64,000 nucleotides of DNA from an uncultured Psychroserpens sp. (GCA_947488655.1 CANKZZ010000007.1:24928-88927), one strand, 5' to 3'; positions 10,222 to 20,805 are shown, numbered from the stretch's first letter. Notes: a model not told the origin generated them from the letters alone. A program made the numbers and translations.

Positions 10222-11112
10222 TTAAACGATTAAAGGCTTATTTTGTTGTTTCAATCTTTGATTCATTCCTTCAATTCCTTGTAAGCCACCAGTATGGATA
10301 ATTAAAATTTTTGATGTCTTCGGAAAGTAGCCTTTCTCAATTAAATCGTTAATTCCAAACATCATTTTACCAGTATAGATAGGATCTAATGGTATATTAT
10401 GAGCTCTTTTGAAATTATTTATAAACTCAATTAATTGAGTATTAACTTTTCCGTAGCCACCAAAATGATAATTGGTAATTAACTCCCAATTTTCTTTACT
10501 TGCAAATTTAGCAATTTCTTCTTTTAAAAAATCACCTTTTAACGCAGGAAAACCAATAATTTTTTGATGTGGCAAAGCTGCATTTATTAATCCAGAAATT
10601 GTACCTCCTGTGCCAACTGAGCAACAGATGTAATCATAATCTTTATCTAAAGAAGTTAAAATTTCCTCACACCCTTTTACAGCCAATTTATTTGTCCCTC
10701 CTTCTGGTACAAGGTAAAAGTCTCCAAACTCATGTTCTAAGCTAGATATAAACTCGTCAGTATTTTTATTTCGGTAAGCAGCTCTTGTAACAAATTTAAA
10801 AGTCATATTACAAGATTGTGCAAATTTAAGTGTTGGGTTGGTTTCAATTTTAGATTCTAACTCCTCTCCTCTAATTATACCAAATGTTTTAAAACCTAAT
10901 TCTTGTCCTGCAAATGCAACTGCTGCAATGTGATTAGAAAATGCTCCACCAAATGTTAAAATGCTATGTCTTCCCTCTTTTTTTGCTTCAATGAGATTGT
11001 ATTTTAGTTTTCTTAATTTATTACCAGAAACAATGTCGTGATTGATATACTCAGGCTTTATAAACAACTGATTATCAATTTTAAAGTTCTTATAATCGAG
11101 AATTTCAATCAT
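10222..11112 (-). CDS. PLP-dependent ACC deaminase/D-cysteine desulfhydrase family enzyme
   Basis: Has the SGNKLRKL PLP-lysine motif and a GGTNK.. and TGGT loop. I prefer the ATG at 11112 (MIEILDY...) over the longer listed ORF. Confidence 0.8.
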   Translation of the reverse strand: MIEILDYKNFKIDNQLFIKPEYINHDIVSGNKLRKLKYNLIEAKKEGRHSILTFGGAFSNHIAAVAFAGQELGFKTFGIIRGEELESKIETNPTLKFAQSCNMTFKFVTRAAYRNKNTDEFISSLEHEFGDFYLVPEGGTNKLAVKGCEEILTSLDKDYDYICCSVGTGGTISGLINAALPHQKIIGFPALKGDFLKEEIAKFASKENWELITNYHFGGYGKVNTQLIEFINNFKRAHNIPLDPIYTGKMMFGINDLIEKGYFPKTSKILIIHTGGLQGIEGMNQRLKQQNKPLIV

Positions 11113-11266
11113 CTTAGCTAAATCTTCAATAAATATTAAAAAATATGTTAAAATTCTAATTATTTTTAATACTTTAACACATTCACAACCAAATCTATAC
11201 ATTTTAACACCTATTACTTAAGTTATCATAATTGTATAACAATTGGTGCGTTCAAAAATATAGATT

Positions 11267-11698
11267 ATGATTAAAAAACTACCTTATTTAATAGTATACT
11301 TTTTTATTAGTTGTATTACATATGCTCAACAAGTAGAGGCTAACCCTAATGATTGTATACAAAACTTTACTATTAATTCTAAAACACTTCCCGGAGACAA
11401 TCAACATATAGATGATATTGTTATCTCTTGGGATTTTTCTGATACATTAAATGCTCAAAACATTGAATTGAACTTTGAAATCCAACCTCTAAACGCTTGT
11501 TGGAAAGGGCTTGAGGCTCCAAATAGATCTGGATTAGAATCCTTTAAAATACCTAATGTATTAGAAAACGCAATTGGAAACAGAAAATTAGAATACAACA
11601 CTCTTAATTGTAAATGTATTAAATGGAGAGTCTTAATTATAGACACTTCCACAAATTGCGAAATCAAATCTAATTGGCAATATTCTAGCTTTCTATAA
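11267..11698 (+). CDS. hypothetical secreted Cys-containing protein
   Basis: Has a signal peptide. It ends 24 nt upstream of the 1373-aa T9SS gene. Confidence 0.45.
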   Translation: MIKKLPYLIVYFFISCITYAQQVEANPNDCIQNFTINSKTLPGDNQHIDDIVISWDFSDTLNAQNIELNFEIQPLNACWKGLEAPNRSGLESFKIPNVLENAIGNRKLEYNTLNCKCIKWRVLIIDTSTNCEIKSNWQYSSFL

Positions 11699-11722
11699 GT
11701 ATCAACACAGAATTATGATATT

Positions 11723-14700
11723 ATGAAAAAAATTACTCTAATACTTTTATGTTACCTCTCTATAAATTTTTCATTCTCTCAAGGAACTGATGTTTTAAGC
11801 GCTGAGCAATTTTGCTCTGGCACATCAGAACTTACATTTAACAATGTTTATGGATCACCAGATAATACTGCTGTAGGATGCTTAGGTTCTATTCCAAACG
11901 CTGCTTATTTTTATTTAGAAATTGACCAACCTGGTGATTTAATTTTCACAATAAGCCAAGAAGATAATCTTGGCTTTCCAATAGATGTAGATTTTATAGC
12001 TTGGGGACCTTTTACAGATGTAGCAGATGCTGATGCTAGTATTACATTCGCAGATTGTCCTACATGTCCTAATAACACTGCAGACCCATCATTTTACCCT
12101 TATGCTCCAGACGAAATAACAGACTGTAGCTTTAGTATTGCTCCAACTGAAACCTTAAATATTTTAAATGCTAATCAAGGCGAAATCTATGTAGTACTTA
12201 TCACCAATTATAATGGTAGCGAAGGCACAATAAATTTTCAACAAACTTCAGGTAATGGAACCACAACATGTACGTCACTACCAGTATGTGGTAGTCAATA
12301 TTTTGATCAAGGTGGAGCATCTGGACCATATTCCAGTAATGAAACTACAACAATAAACCCATATTTTGCTGGAGGAACGGTAACCGTAGATTTTACTATT
12401 GTTAACATTCCTGACGCAGGAGACGTACTTACAGTTTACAATGGACCAAATAACACGTTTCCTGTCTTAGGAACTGTAACTACTGCTCCAGTTACTTATA
12501 CATCCAATACAACAGGTAATCTTACAGGAAGCTTAACTTTTGAACTCATTACAGATGGTGATGCAAATGTAGGTGCTGGATGGGAAGCAGATATTACGTG
12601 TACTCCTCCTCCAACGCCTCCTACATGTGGATCTACATTTTATGATAGTGGAGGAGCTGGTGGAGATTATTCAAATTACGAATTAGAAACTACAACATTT
12701 TTTCCTGATACAGCTGGTGATGCTGTAACAGCAACGTTTACTTATTTTGATACTGAAAGTTGTTGCGATGAATTGAGAGTATATGACGGTCCCAACACCT
12801 CATTTCCGCTTTTAGGCGTATTCGCAGGCACAGGTATTCCCGGACCTTTTACTTCATCAGACGCTTCTGGCGCATTAACATTTGTATTTGAAAGCGACTT
12901 TCTAATAACTAATGGCGGATGGGCAGCAAATTTGACTTGTGCACCTTACGTTCCTCCAGTAATTTGTGGTTCTACGTTTTATGATAGTGGAGGAGCTGGT
13001 GGAGATTATTCTAACAACGAATTTACCACAACGACTTTGACTCCAGATGTTCCTGGCACTGCATTAACAGTAACATTTACTGCTTTCGAACTTGAAGATA
13101 CATATGACTTTTTAGAAATTTTTGATGGACCCAATAATACATTTCCAAGTTTAGGTAACTTTACAGGAAATACAATTCCTGGTCCATTTACTTCAAGTCA
13201 CCCAAGTGGTGCTTTAACTTTTGTATTTGATAGTGACGGATCTGTCACCGATCCAGGTTGGGCTGCAGATATAACTTGTATCGATAATTGCAATTTAATT
13301 ATTACAGATACTAATTACCCTATAGGATCTAGTGACTGTAATCTAGATTATGTAGAACTTACAACGAATGCTCCTCCTCCTCCTCCAACAAATAATATAT
13401 TCACAGAGAATTTTAATGCAAATGTATTTCCTCCAGGCTGGACCATGGTTAATGGCGGTACTGGTACAACTTGGATTATATCAAACACTAATGACGCTGG
13501 TGGGACAACCAACGAGGCAAAATTAGATTGGGACTCGGGCTTTGTGGTATCTACTTGGTCTATGACATCTCCATTAATTGACATTGCCACTTACACTAAT
13601 CTTCAACTTAGTTTTAAGCATGATCTATATCAATTTGGAACAGATTTTACAATTTTTGTAGAAACATCTTTAGATAATACTAATTGGACCACACAATACT
13701 TTGTTGCCAATCCACCAGATATTACTGAAACTAGAAACGTTGACATCTCTTCATTAGATGGAAATAACGATTTATATTTAAGATTTAGATTTACAGGAGA
13801 TTCTTTTGATTTATTCCATTGGGCAATTGACGATATTATTATTAGTGCAGATGGAGCACCTCAACCTCCACAAATCACATGGTCACCAACATTAGGACTA
13901 TACACAGACAGTGCTTTAACCAATTCTTACACTGGAGGATTTGCAGGAACAGTATATGCTGCGCCTAATGGTATCCAATTATATACCGCAACAGATGCTA
14001 ATGGGTGTACTGATAATGCTACTGTAATTTATAATAAAAAAACATGGAATGGCTCAGTTGACGACAATTGGTATATAGGAAATAATTGGACACCAGAAGG
14101 CGCACCAACAATAGACAATTGTATTGTTATACCAGATAATGGATCTGTACCAAACAATCCTATTGCAGATAGATTATCCTCTCCTCCTATCCCACTTCCT
14201 CCCGCTGAAGCAAGAAATCTAACACTATTGGCTGATGCATATCTCGAAATTGAAACCAACACAGAGCTAATAGTGCAAGAATGGATTAACGTTCAAAATA
14301 CTGGTATTTTAAATTTAAAAAGTAGCTCAAGTTTAATCCAAATAGAAAACTCTGCTGTAAACACAGGTGAAATTCATATGCAACGCTCACCTAACTTTAA
14401 TGAAAGTGCTGTAGCAAATTCAGAGTATATCTATTGGTCATCTCCTGTGGCAAACTTTCAAGTAACTAATATTTCTCCATCCTCAAGTCAATTATTTCGT
14501 TGGCAACCAACAGTTGCTGGAAATGGAGCAGGTAATCATGGATATTGGTATAATGCCTCAGGAACAATGGCTGACGGTGAAGGGTATATCGTAAGAGGGT
14601 TAGGTGGAACTCCAGCAACAATTCCTTCAACAACTTACACTATTTCTAACAATACTGCATTATTTAGTGGAGTACCAAATAACGGTATAATCACAAAACC

Positions 14701-15844
14701 TATTACACATGGTGGTTATAATGGAGGTCCATATGCTGGAGTTGGAAATACAGCTACAAATGAAGATGATAATTGGAATTTGCTTGGTAATCCATATCCT
14801 TCAGCAATTTCAGCAAATGCATTCACTAACTTTAATACAAATATAAACGGTACTGTCTACGTGTGGGACCATACAGGCGCGCCAAGTACAGCACTAGACC
14901 CATTTTATGAAGATTACGTTTATAACTACGATGGTAATGATTATATAGAACATAATAATACAGGCTCTAATCCTCCAGGTACTAATGATCTTTACATTGG
15001 TTCTGGACAAGCATTTTTTGTCCTAATGAATCACTCTGCTGCATCAGGAACAAACGTTACATTTAATAACAGCATGAGGCAGGTACTATCAAATTATAAC
15101 AATAATACATTTTTTAGAAATAGTGAAGAAGAAAATAGTACTAATGGCAACAGTAATCCAGGAAATAGAATTTGGTTAGACCTATTATCTCCAAATAATA
15201 TTACCAATACCATTTTAGTTGGCTATGTAGAAAATGCTACAAATAATTTTGACCGCTTATATGATGGTTATGACTTTAGTAGCGGAGATAACAGTGGGTT
15301 TTATTCAATAATAAACGATAAAACATTATCTATACAAGGTAGATCTCTTCCTTTTTCACAAGAAGACACTGTACCTTTAGGTTTAATAGCTAATGAAACA
15401 GGCACTCACACTATTGCCATTAATACGATAGATGGTCTATTCTTAACTCAAAATCAAAATATATATTTAGAGGATACCGTCTTAAATATAATTTATAATT
15501 TACGTCAATCTCCATACACCTTCACAATAGACCAAGGTGTACACAATGATCGATTTATTTTAAGATATACTAACGAAACTTTAGGTGTAAATATATTAGA
15601 TGATAATGATGGCATTACAATTACAGCACCTAAAAATGAGTATATAAAAGTAACTTCGGAAATTGGAAACATCAAAACCCTTGCTATTTATGATATCCTA
15701 GGCAGAGAAATCATTAAAACGGAAGATATTAATCAACCACAATTCATCTTGAACAAAATAAAATTGTCTGATGGAGCTTACATAGTTAAAGCAGCATTGT
15801 ATAATGGTAAACAAAAGATTCAAAAAGTCGTAATAAGGCAATAA
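11723..15844 (+). CDS. large T9SS-secreted surface protein with three CUB-like modules and a MAM/LamG-like region
   Basis: Has a signal peptide and three ~105-aa modules starting CGS(T/Q)(F/Y)(Y/F)D.GG. Pro-rich linkers are present. The C-terminal ~80 aa (..IYDILGREI...GAYIVKA....KVVI) look like a type A T9SS sorting domain. Confidence 0.85.
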   Translation: MKKITLILLCYLSINFSFSQGTDVLSAEQFCSGTSELTFNNVYGSPDNTAVGCLGSIPNAAYFYLEIDQPGDLIFTISQEDNLGFPIDVDFIAWGPFTDVADADASITFADCPTCPNNTADPSFYPYAPDEITDCSFSIAPTETLNILNANQGEIYVVLITNYNGSEGTINFQQTSGNGTTTCTSLPVCGSQYFDQGGASGPYSSNETTTINPYFAGGTVTVDFTIVNIPDAGDVLTVYNGPNNTFPVLGTVTTAPVTYTSNTTGNLTGSLTFELITDGDANVGAGWEADITCTPPPTPPTCGSTFYDSGGAGGDYSNYELETTTFFPDTAGDAVTATFTYFDTESCCDELRVYDGPNTSFPLLGVFAGTGIPGPFTSSDASGALTFVFESDFLITNGGWAANLTCAPYVPPVICGSTFYDSGGAGGDYSNNEFTTTTLTPDVPGTALTVTFTAFELEDTYDFLEIFDGPNNTFPSLGNFTGNTIPGPFTSSHPSGALTFVFDSDGSVTDPGWAADITCIDNCNLIITDTNYPIGSSDCNLDYVELTTNAPPPPPTNNIFTENFNANVFPPGWTMVNGGTGTTWIISNTNDAGGTTNEAKLDWDSGFVVSTWSMTSPLIDIATYTNLQLSFKHDLYQFGTDFTIFVETSLDNTNWTTQYFVANPPDITETRNVDISSLDGNNDLYLRFRFTGDSFDLFHWAIDDIIISADGAPQPPQITWSPTLGLYTDSALTNSYTGGFAGTVYAAPNGIQLYTATDANGCTDNATVIYNKKTWNGSVDDNWYIGNNWTPEGAPTIDNCIVIPDNGSVPNNPIADRLSSPPIPLPPAEARNLTLLADAYLEIETNTELIVQEWINVQNTGILNLKSSSSLIQIENSAVNTGEIHMQRSPNFNESAVANSEYIYWSSPVANFQVTNISPSSSQLFRWQPTVAGNGAGNHGYWYNASGTMADGEGYIVRGLGGTPATIPSTTYTISNNTALFSGVPNNGIITKPITHGGYNGGPYAGVGNTATNEDDNWNLLGNPYPSAISANAFTNFNTNINGTVYVWDHTGAPSTALDPFYEDYVYNYDGNDYIEHNNTGSNPPGTNDLYIGSGQAFFVLMNHSAASGTNVTFNNSMRQVLSNYNNNTFFRNSEEENSTNGNSNPGNRIWLDLLSPNNITNTILVGYVENATNNFDRLYDGYDFSSGDNSGFYSIINDKTLSIQGRSLPFSQEDTVPLGLIANETGTHTIAINTIDGLFLTQNQNIYLEDTVLNIIYNLRQSPYTFTIDQGVHNDRFILRYTNETLGVNILDDNDGITITAPKNEYIKVTSEIGNIKTLAIYDILGREIIKTEDINQPQFILNKIKLSDGAYIVKAALYNGKQKIQKVVIRQ
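12287..13279 (+). repeat. three tandem CUB-like coding modules (aa 189-296, 302-409, 415-519)
   Basis: Modules 2 and 3 share an identical 35-nt stretch TTTTATGATAGTGGAGGAGCTGGTGGAGATTATTC (about 12638 and about 12977). Confidence 0.8.
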
Positions 15845-16168
15845 CTATAAATAACCAACAAATGACCAGAAAGGCCTTGATTTTAAATAATTAAGGTCTT
15901 TTTCTTTTACATAAGCTTCACGTTCGAAAGAAATATTCTGATATGCTAAATACCATGAATTGTATTGTATTAATCGTATTACAAATTCAATAGTGTAAAA
16001 CATGTAAAAAGGAATCACTAACAATTCTATTTGTTGTCTCAAATGTATTTTCTCATGATTCATTAAAACAGGATTAGATTTCAAATTATAATATTTCAAG
16101 AATATAAACGGAAAAATTGTGATACCAACGTATCCTCTTGGAACTAAAAATTTTGAAACTACAACCAT
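15845..16168 (-). CDS. small membrane protein with HExxH motif (HEKIH)
   Basis: The listed ORF starts at GTG 16177, and the first ATG is at 16168. It has HEKIH plus a downstream FEREAY, which suggests a minimal metallopeptidase-like fold. Its stop abuts the stop of the convergent 1373-aa gene with 0 nt between them. Confidence 0.45.
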   Translation of the reverse strand: MVVVSKFLVPRGYVGITIFPFIFLKYYNLKSNPVLMNHEKIHLRQQIELLVIPFYMFYTIEFVIRLIQYNSWYLAYQNISFEREAYVKEKDLNYLKSRPFWSFVGYL

Positions 16169-16233
16169 ATAATTCACTAATCAAAAATCTTTCCAATTTA
16201 CGTAACTTTGTAAGAACACCTATTAAAATTATA

Positions 16234-16416
16234 ATGAAGAAAATAATTCCGTTAGAAGAAGGAGACTACTATCTCACACCTCAAGGGTATCGCTGTTTTA
16301 CTGAGCAATACCATCTAAAACGTGGTTATTGCTGTGAGAGTGGATGTAGACATTGCCCATACGGATTTAATGTCACTACAAGTTCAAAAAAAGACAAAAA
16401 AAATATTAAAAAATAA
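16234..16416 (+). CDS. small cysteine-rich protein (DUF5522-like)
   Basis: MKKIIPLEEGDYYLTPQGYRCFTEQYHLKRGYCCESGCRHCPYGF. The ATG at 16234 is preferred over the TTG-extended listed ORF. It ends 3 nt before hutU. Confidence 0.6.
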   Translation: MKKIIPLEEGDYYLTPQGYRCFTEQYHLKRGYCCESGCRHCPYGFNVTTSSKKDKKNIKK

Positions 16417-16419
16417 ATA

Positions 16420-18432
16420 ATGCCAACAACTAAAAAATCATTTAAGGATCAAGTATTAGAAGGTATTCCAGAAATTTTACCTGCACCAAAACCTTTTGAC
16501 ACATCTATAAATCATGCACCTAAGCGTAAAGCTATTTTATCTTTAGAGGAGCAAAAATTGGCATTAAAAAATGCACTTAGATATTTTGACAAGTCACAAC
16601 ATGAGACTCTAATTCCCGAATTTAAAAATGAATTAGATTCGTATGGCCGAATTTATATGTATCGTCTGCGTCCAGATTATAAAATGTTTGCAAGACCAAT
16701 TGATGATTATCCAGCAAAATCAAAACAAGCAGCTGCAATCATGCTAATGATTCAAAATAATTTAGATTACGCTGTTGCACAACACCCTCATGAGCTAATT
16801 ACTTATGGAGGTAATGGAGGTGTATTTTCAAATTGGGCTCAATATAGATTGACCATGAAATACCTTTGCGAAATGAATGATGAGCAAACATTAGTGATGT
16901 ATTCTGGACACCCAATGGGCTTATTCCCAAGTCATAAAGGTGCACCAAGAGTAGTTGTGACTAATGGCATGATGATACCTAACTATTCAAAACCTGACGA
17001 TTGGGAAAAATTTAATGCACTTGGAGTTACGCAATATGGTCAAATGACTGCTGGAAGCTTTATGTATATTGGACCTCAAGGTATAGTTCATGGAACAACA
17101 ATAACTGTTTTAAATGGTTTTAGAAAAATAAAAAAAGAGCCAAAAGGTAATTTATTTGTCACTTCTGGCTTAGGTGGTATGTCTGGTGCTCAACCAAAAG
17201 CTGGAAATATTGCAGGTTGTATAACTGTTTGTGCAGAAGTCAATCCTAAAATTACTCAAGTACGATTAGACCAAGGATGGATTGATGAAAAAATCACTGA
17301 TTTAAACCAATTAGTAAAACGGGTTAATAAAGCAAAAGCAGAAAAAGAAACCATTTCAATAGCCTATTTAGGGAACATTGTTGATGTTTGGGAAAAATTC
17401 GACGAAGCAGATATACATATAGATTTAGGGAGCGATCAAACATCTCTACACAACCCTTGGGCAGGAGGATATTATCCAGTAGGCATGTCTTTTGAAGATG
17501 CAAATGATTTGATGGCATCAAATCCAGAATTATTTAAAACAAAAGTGCAAGAAACATTACGCAGACACGCATCTGCAATAAACAAACATACTGCTAAAGG
17601 CACCTATTTTTTCGATTATGGTAATGCTTTTTTATTAGAAGCATCTCGAGCTGGAGCAGATGTAATGTCTAACAATCCTGCAATTGGTAAAGAGTTTAAA
17701 TACCCATCTTATGTACAAGATATTATGGGACCAATGTGCTTTGACTATGGCTTTGGCCCTTTTAGATGGGTTTGTACCTCTGGAAAACCCGAAGATTTAG
17801 CAAAAACAGATGAAATTGCCTGTAAAGTTTTAGAAGAGATAAAAAAGAACTCTCCAGAAGAAATACAGCAACAAATGGCAGACAATATAAAATGGATAAA
17901 AGGTGCACAAGACAACAATTTAGTTGTTGGATCACAAGCAAGAATATTATATGCTGATGCCGAAGGACGTACAAAAATAGCACAAGCTTTTAATAACGCT
18001 ATAAAAAACAAAGAAATAGGATACGTCGTTTTAGGTCGAGATCATCACGATGTTTCTGGTACAGATTCTCCGTACAGAGAGACAAGCAATATTTATGATG
18101 GTTCTCGTTTTACAGCAGATATGGCAATTCAAAATGTAATTGGAGATAGCTTTAGAGGTGCTACTTGGGTAAGTATTCACAATGGTGGTGGTGTTGGATG
18201 GGGAGAAGTTATAAATGGTGGTTTTGGTATGGTTCTTGATGGTAGTATAGAAGCAGAAAATCGCTTAAAATCAATGCTATTTTGGGATGTCAATAATGGA
18301 ATCTCAAGACGAAGTTGGGCTAGAAATGAAGAAGCGATTTTTGCCATTAAACGAGCTATGGAACATGAACCAAATTTAAAGGTTACACTTCCTAATATTG
18401 TTGATGATACATTATTAAACACATTAAATTAA
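16420..18432 (+). CDS. hutU: urocanate hydratase
   Basis: Long-form urocanase, 670 aa. Conserved stretches include YGGNGG, GLGGMSGAQ and HNGGGVGWG. Confidence 0.95.
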   Translation: MPTTKKSFKDQVLEGIPEILPAPKPFDTSINHAPKRKAILSLEEQKLALKNALRYFDKSQHETLIPEFKNELDSYGRIYMYRLRPDYKMFARPIDDYPAKSKQAAAIMLMIQNNLDYAVAQHPHELITYGGNGGVFSNWAQYRLTMKYLCEMNDEQTLVMYSGHPMGLFPSHKGAPRVVVTNGMMIPNYSKPDDWEKFNALGVTQYGQMTAGSFMYIGPQGIVHGTTITVLNGFRKIKKEPKGNLFVTSGLGGMSGAQPKAGNIAGCITVCAEVNPKITQVRLDQGWIDEKITDLNQLVKRVNKAKAEKETISIAYLGNIVDVWEKFDEADIHIDLGSDQTSLHNPWAGGYYPVGMSFEDANDLMASNPELFKTKVQETLRRHASAINKHTAKGTYFFDYGNAFLLEASRAGADVMSNNPAIGKEFKYPSYVQDIMGPMCFDYGFGPFRWVCTSGKPEDLAKTDEIACKVLEEIKKNSPEEIQQQMADNIKWIKGAQDNNLVVGSQARILYADAEGRTKIAQAFNNAIKNKEIGYVVLGRDHHDVSGTDSPYRETSNIYDGSRFTADMAIQNVIGDSFRGATWVSIHNGGGVGWGEVINGGFGMVLDGSIEAENRLKSMLFWDVNNGISRRSWARNEEAIFAIKRAMEHEPNLKVTLPNIVDDTLLNTLN

Positions 18433-18448
18433 CTCAAATATATAAGCT

Positions 18449-18997
18449 ATGAAAAATATATTAAAATTACTTCCTGTCTTAATTGTAGTTTTATCAATCT
18501 CATCTTGCAGTTCTGTAAGAGTTGCTGCAGATTATGATAAAAATGCAGAATTTAGTAATTACAAAACTTTTGCGTTTTTTAAAACAGGAATTGACAAAGC
18601 AGAAATTAGTGATTTAGACAAACGTAGAATCTTACGTGCGGTCGAAGCTGAGCTTTTAGCTCAAGGCTACACAAAATCTGAAAATCCAGATTTACTCGTA
18701 AGCATTTTTACTAAATCTAGAGAACGAGTAAATGTTTACAACAACGGTTATGGTGCATATGGTTATGGTTGGGGTTGGAATCCTTGGTACTGGAATAATT
18801 TCAACAACACATCTGTAACAACTAGAACAGAAGGTACTTTATTTGTAGACCTCATTGATGCTAATAAAAAAGAATTAGTTTGGCAAGGTATGGGAACAGG
18901 ACTTTTAAGCAGTAGAAGTGTTGAGAAAAAAGAAGCCAAAATAAACGAATTTGTCTCTAAAATTATGGAAAAATATCCGCCTACAATGGTAGAATAG
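18449..18997 (+). CDS. DUF4136-like lipoprotein
   Basis: Lipobox ISSC followed by VRVAADYDKNAEFSNYKTFAF, typical of DUF4136. Confidence 0.65.
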   Translation: MKNILKLLPVLIVVLSISSCSSVRVAADYDKNAEFSNYKTFAFFKTGIDKAEISDLDKRRILRAVEAELLAQGYTKSENPDLLVSIFTKSRERVNVYNNGYGAYGYGWGWNPWYWNNFNNTSVTTRTEGTLFVDLIDANKKELVWQGMGTGLLSSRSVEKKEAKINEFVSKIMEKYPPTMVE

Positions 18998-19015
18998 TTT
19001 ATTTTTTCCGCAGAT

Positions 19016-19052
19016 AAAAAAAGCATCAACACATATCGTTGATGCTTTTTTT
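19016..19052 (+). terminator. rho-independent terminator
   Basis: Stem AAGCATCAAC/GTTGATGCTT with a 7-nt loop, followed by T7. Confidence 0.8.
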
Positions 19053-19124
19053 ATGCTTTCTAGCACATCGTTTGCGCTTCATTTCTAAAAGCTTATCTTT
19101 GCCGACTTTTAAGAGACGTACATT

Positions 19125-20801
19125 ATGATACTAGGTCAAACAACCAGAAAAAACTTTACACAAAACCCTAAAAATGATATTCTTTCGGGTTTAACAGTAG
19201 CCTTAGCATTGGTTCCAGAGGCAGTTGCTTTTGCCTTTGTTGCTGGCATACCACCACTTGTAGGCCTTTATGGTGCATTTATGATGGGAATTATAACAGC
19301 GCTTTTTGGTGGTCGTCCTGGTATGATATCTGGTGCCACAGGAGCAATGGCAGTAGTTATGGTGCACCTCATACAAAAAGGGAATGAAGTTGGCGCAAAT
19401 CTCGATACTCCTATTGACCAACTTGGGTTACAGTGGTTATTTATCACTTTACTTTTTGTTGGAGGTATTCAAATTTTAGCAGGTGTTTTTAAGCTAGGGA
19501 AGTTTGTGCGTTTAATTCCGCATCCAGTAATGATGGGATTTGTAAACGGTTTAGCAATTGTAATTTTCATATCTCAGTTAGGTATGTTTCCAAATGCAGT
19601 ACCAAAAGATATTTCATTTTTAGACAATACATCGCAGTGGTTCTCTGCCCTTTTTGCTAACGGTTTGTTTTGGAGAATGATGGCATTTATTGGCCTTACT
19701 ATGGCCATAATGTTTGGTTTACCTAAATTAACAAAAAAAGTACCATCTGCACTAGTAGCAATAATTGTAGTAGCATGTATTACTATCTTTGGAGGTATTG
19801 AGATGAGTACCGTAGGATCATTTATAGTAGAAAAAGGTGGTCAAGGTTTAGAAGGTAGTTTACCAACATTTCAAGATCAAATTTTTGGTCTCTTCGGAAC
19901 AATAGCTGGCCACTGGGATTTAATATTCTCAACAGCATTTATACTTGCTGCTGTAGGTTTGATTGAGTCATTAATGACACTCAACCTCATTGACGAAATG
20001 ACAGAAACTAGAGGAAACGGAAACCGTGAATGTATTGCCCAAGGAGGAGCAAATATGCTTAACGGATTTTTTGGTGGTATGGGTGGATGCGCCATGATAG
20101 GACAATCAATTATCAACGTAGACTCTGGAGGACGCGGTCGTTTATCTGGTGCTGTAGCAGCTGTAACTTTACTGTGTTTTGTATTATTTGGAGCACCTTT
20201 AATTGAACAAATCCCTATAGCTGCATTAATTGGAGTAATGTTTATGGTTGTGATAGGAACCTTTGCCTGGAGTAGTTTCAGGATAATAAGAAAAATCCCA
20301 GTATCTGATGCCATCGTTCTCATAGCTGTATCTGCAATCACTGTTTGGCAAGATCTAGCAATTGCTGTTATAGCAGGTGTTATTATTTCTGCTTTAGTCT
20401 TTGCGTGGAAAAATGCTACAATGATTAGAGCTCGTAAACGTCTACAGCCTAATGGAACAAAAACTTATGAAATTTGGGGACCTTTATTCTTTGGTTCAAT
20501 TCAAAATTTCAACAGCAAATTCGATGTTAAAAATGACCCTCAAAATGTAGAGATAGATTTTGTTGAGTCTCGAGTAAGTGATCACTCTGCCTTAGAAGCC
20601 ATTTTTAATTTAGTAAACAAATATGAAGCCGAAGGTAAAAGCATTAAATTAAAACATCTTAGCGAAGACTGTAAGTTATTAATGTATAAGGCAAGCCCAA
20701 AGTTTAAAGAGGTAATAATAGATGCTATTGATGACCCTAGATATCACTTGGCTGCAGATCCCGAAAAATTTACTAAGCCACTTTCAGAATATAACATGTA
20801 A
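19125..20801 (+). CDS. SulP family anion transporter with C-terminal STAS domain
   Basis: The N-terminus ..DILSGLTVALALVPEAVAFAFVAG.. and the multi-TM body are typical. The C-terminus IWGPLFFGS...FVESRVSDHSALEA matches STAS. Confidence 0.9.
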   Translation: MILGQTTRKNFTQNPKNDILSGLTVALALVPEAVAFAFVAGIPPLVGLYGAFMMGIITALFGGRPGMISGATGAMAVVMVHLIQKGNEVGANLDTPIDQLGLQWLFITLLFVGGIQILAGVFKLGKFVRLIPHPVMMGFVNGLAIVIFISQLGMFPNAVPKDISFLDNTSQWFSALFANGLFWRMMAFIGLTMAIMFGLPKLTKKVPSALVAIIVVACITIFGGIEMSTVGSFIVEKGGQGLEGSLPTFQDQIFGLFGTIAGHWDLIFSTAFILAAVGLIESLMTLNLIDEMTETRGNGNRECIAQGGANMLNGFFGGMGGCAMIGQSIINVDSGGRGRLSGAVAAVTLLCFVLFGAPLIEQIPIAALIGVMFMVVIGTFAWSSFRIIRKIPVSDAIVLIAVSAITVWQDLAIAVIAGVIISALVFAWKNATMIRARKRLQPNGTKTYEIWGPLFFGSIQNFNSKFDVKNDPQNVEIDFVESRVSDHSALEAIFNLVNKYEAEGKSIKLKHLSEDCKLLMYKASPKFKEVIIDAIDDPRYHLAADPEKFTKPLSEYNM

Positions 20802-20805
20802 CAAT

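Noticed and set aside
16138-16233. TTG-initiated N-terminal extension of the DUF5522-like ORF (and similar extensions at 11113..11202, 16169..16177, 35376..35384, 63368..63412)
   Set aside because: The extensions overlap the neighbouring gene or promoter, start at non-ATG codons, and precede an ATG that matches the expected family N-terminus or signal peptide.
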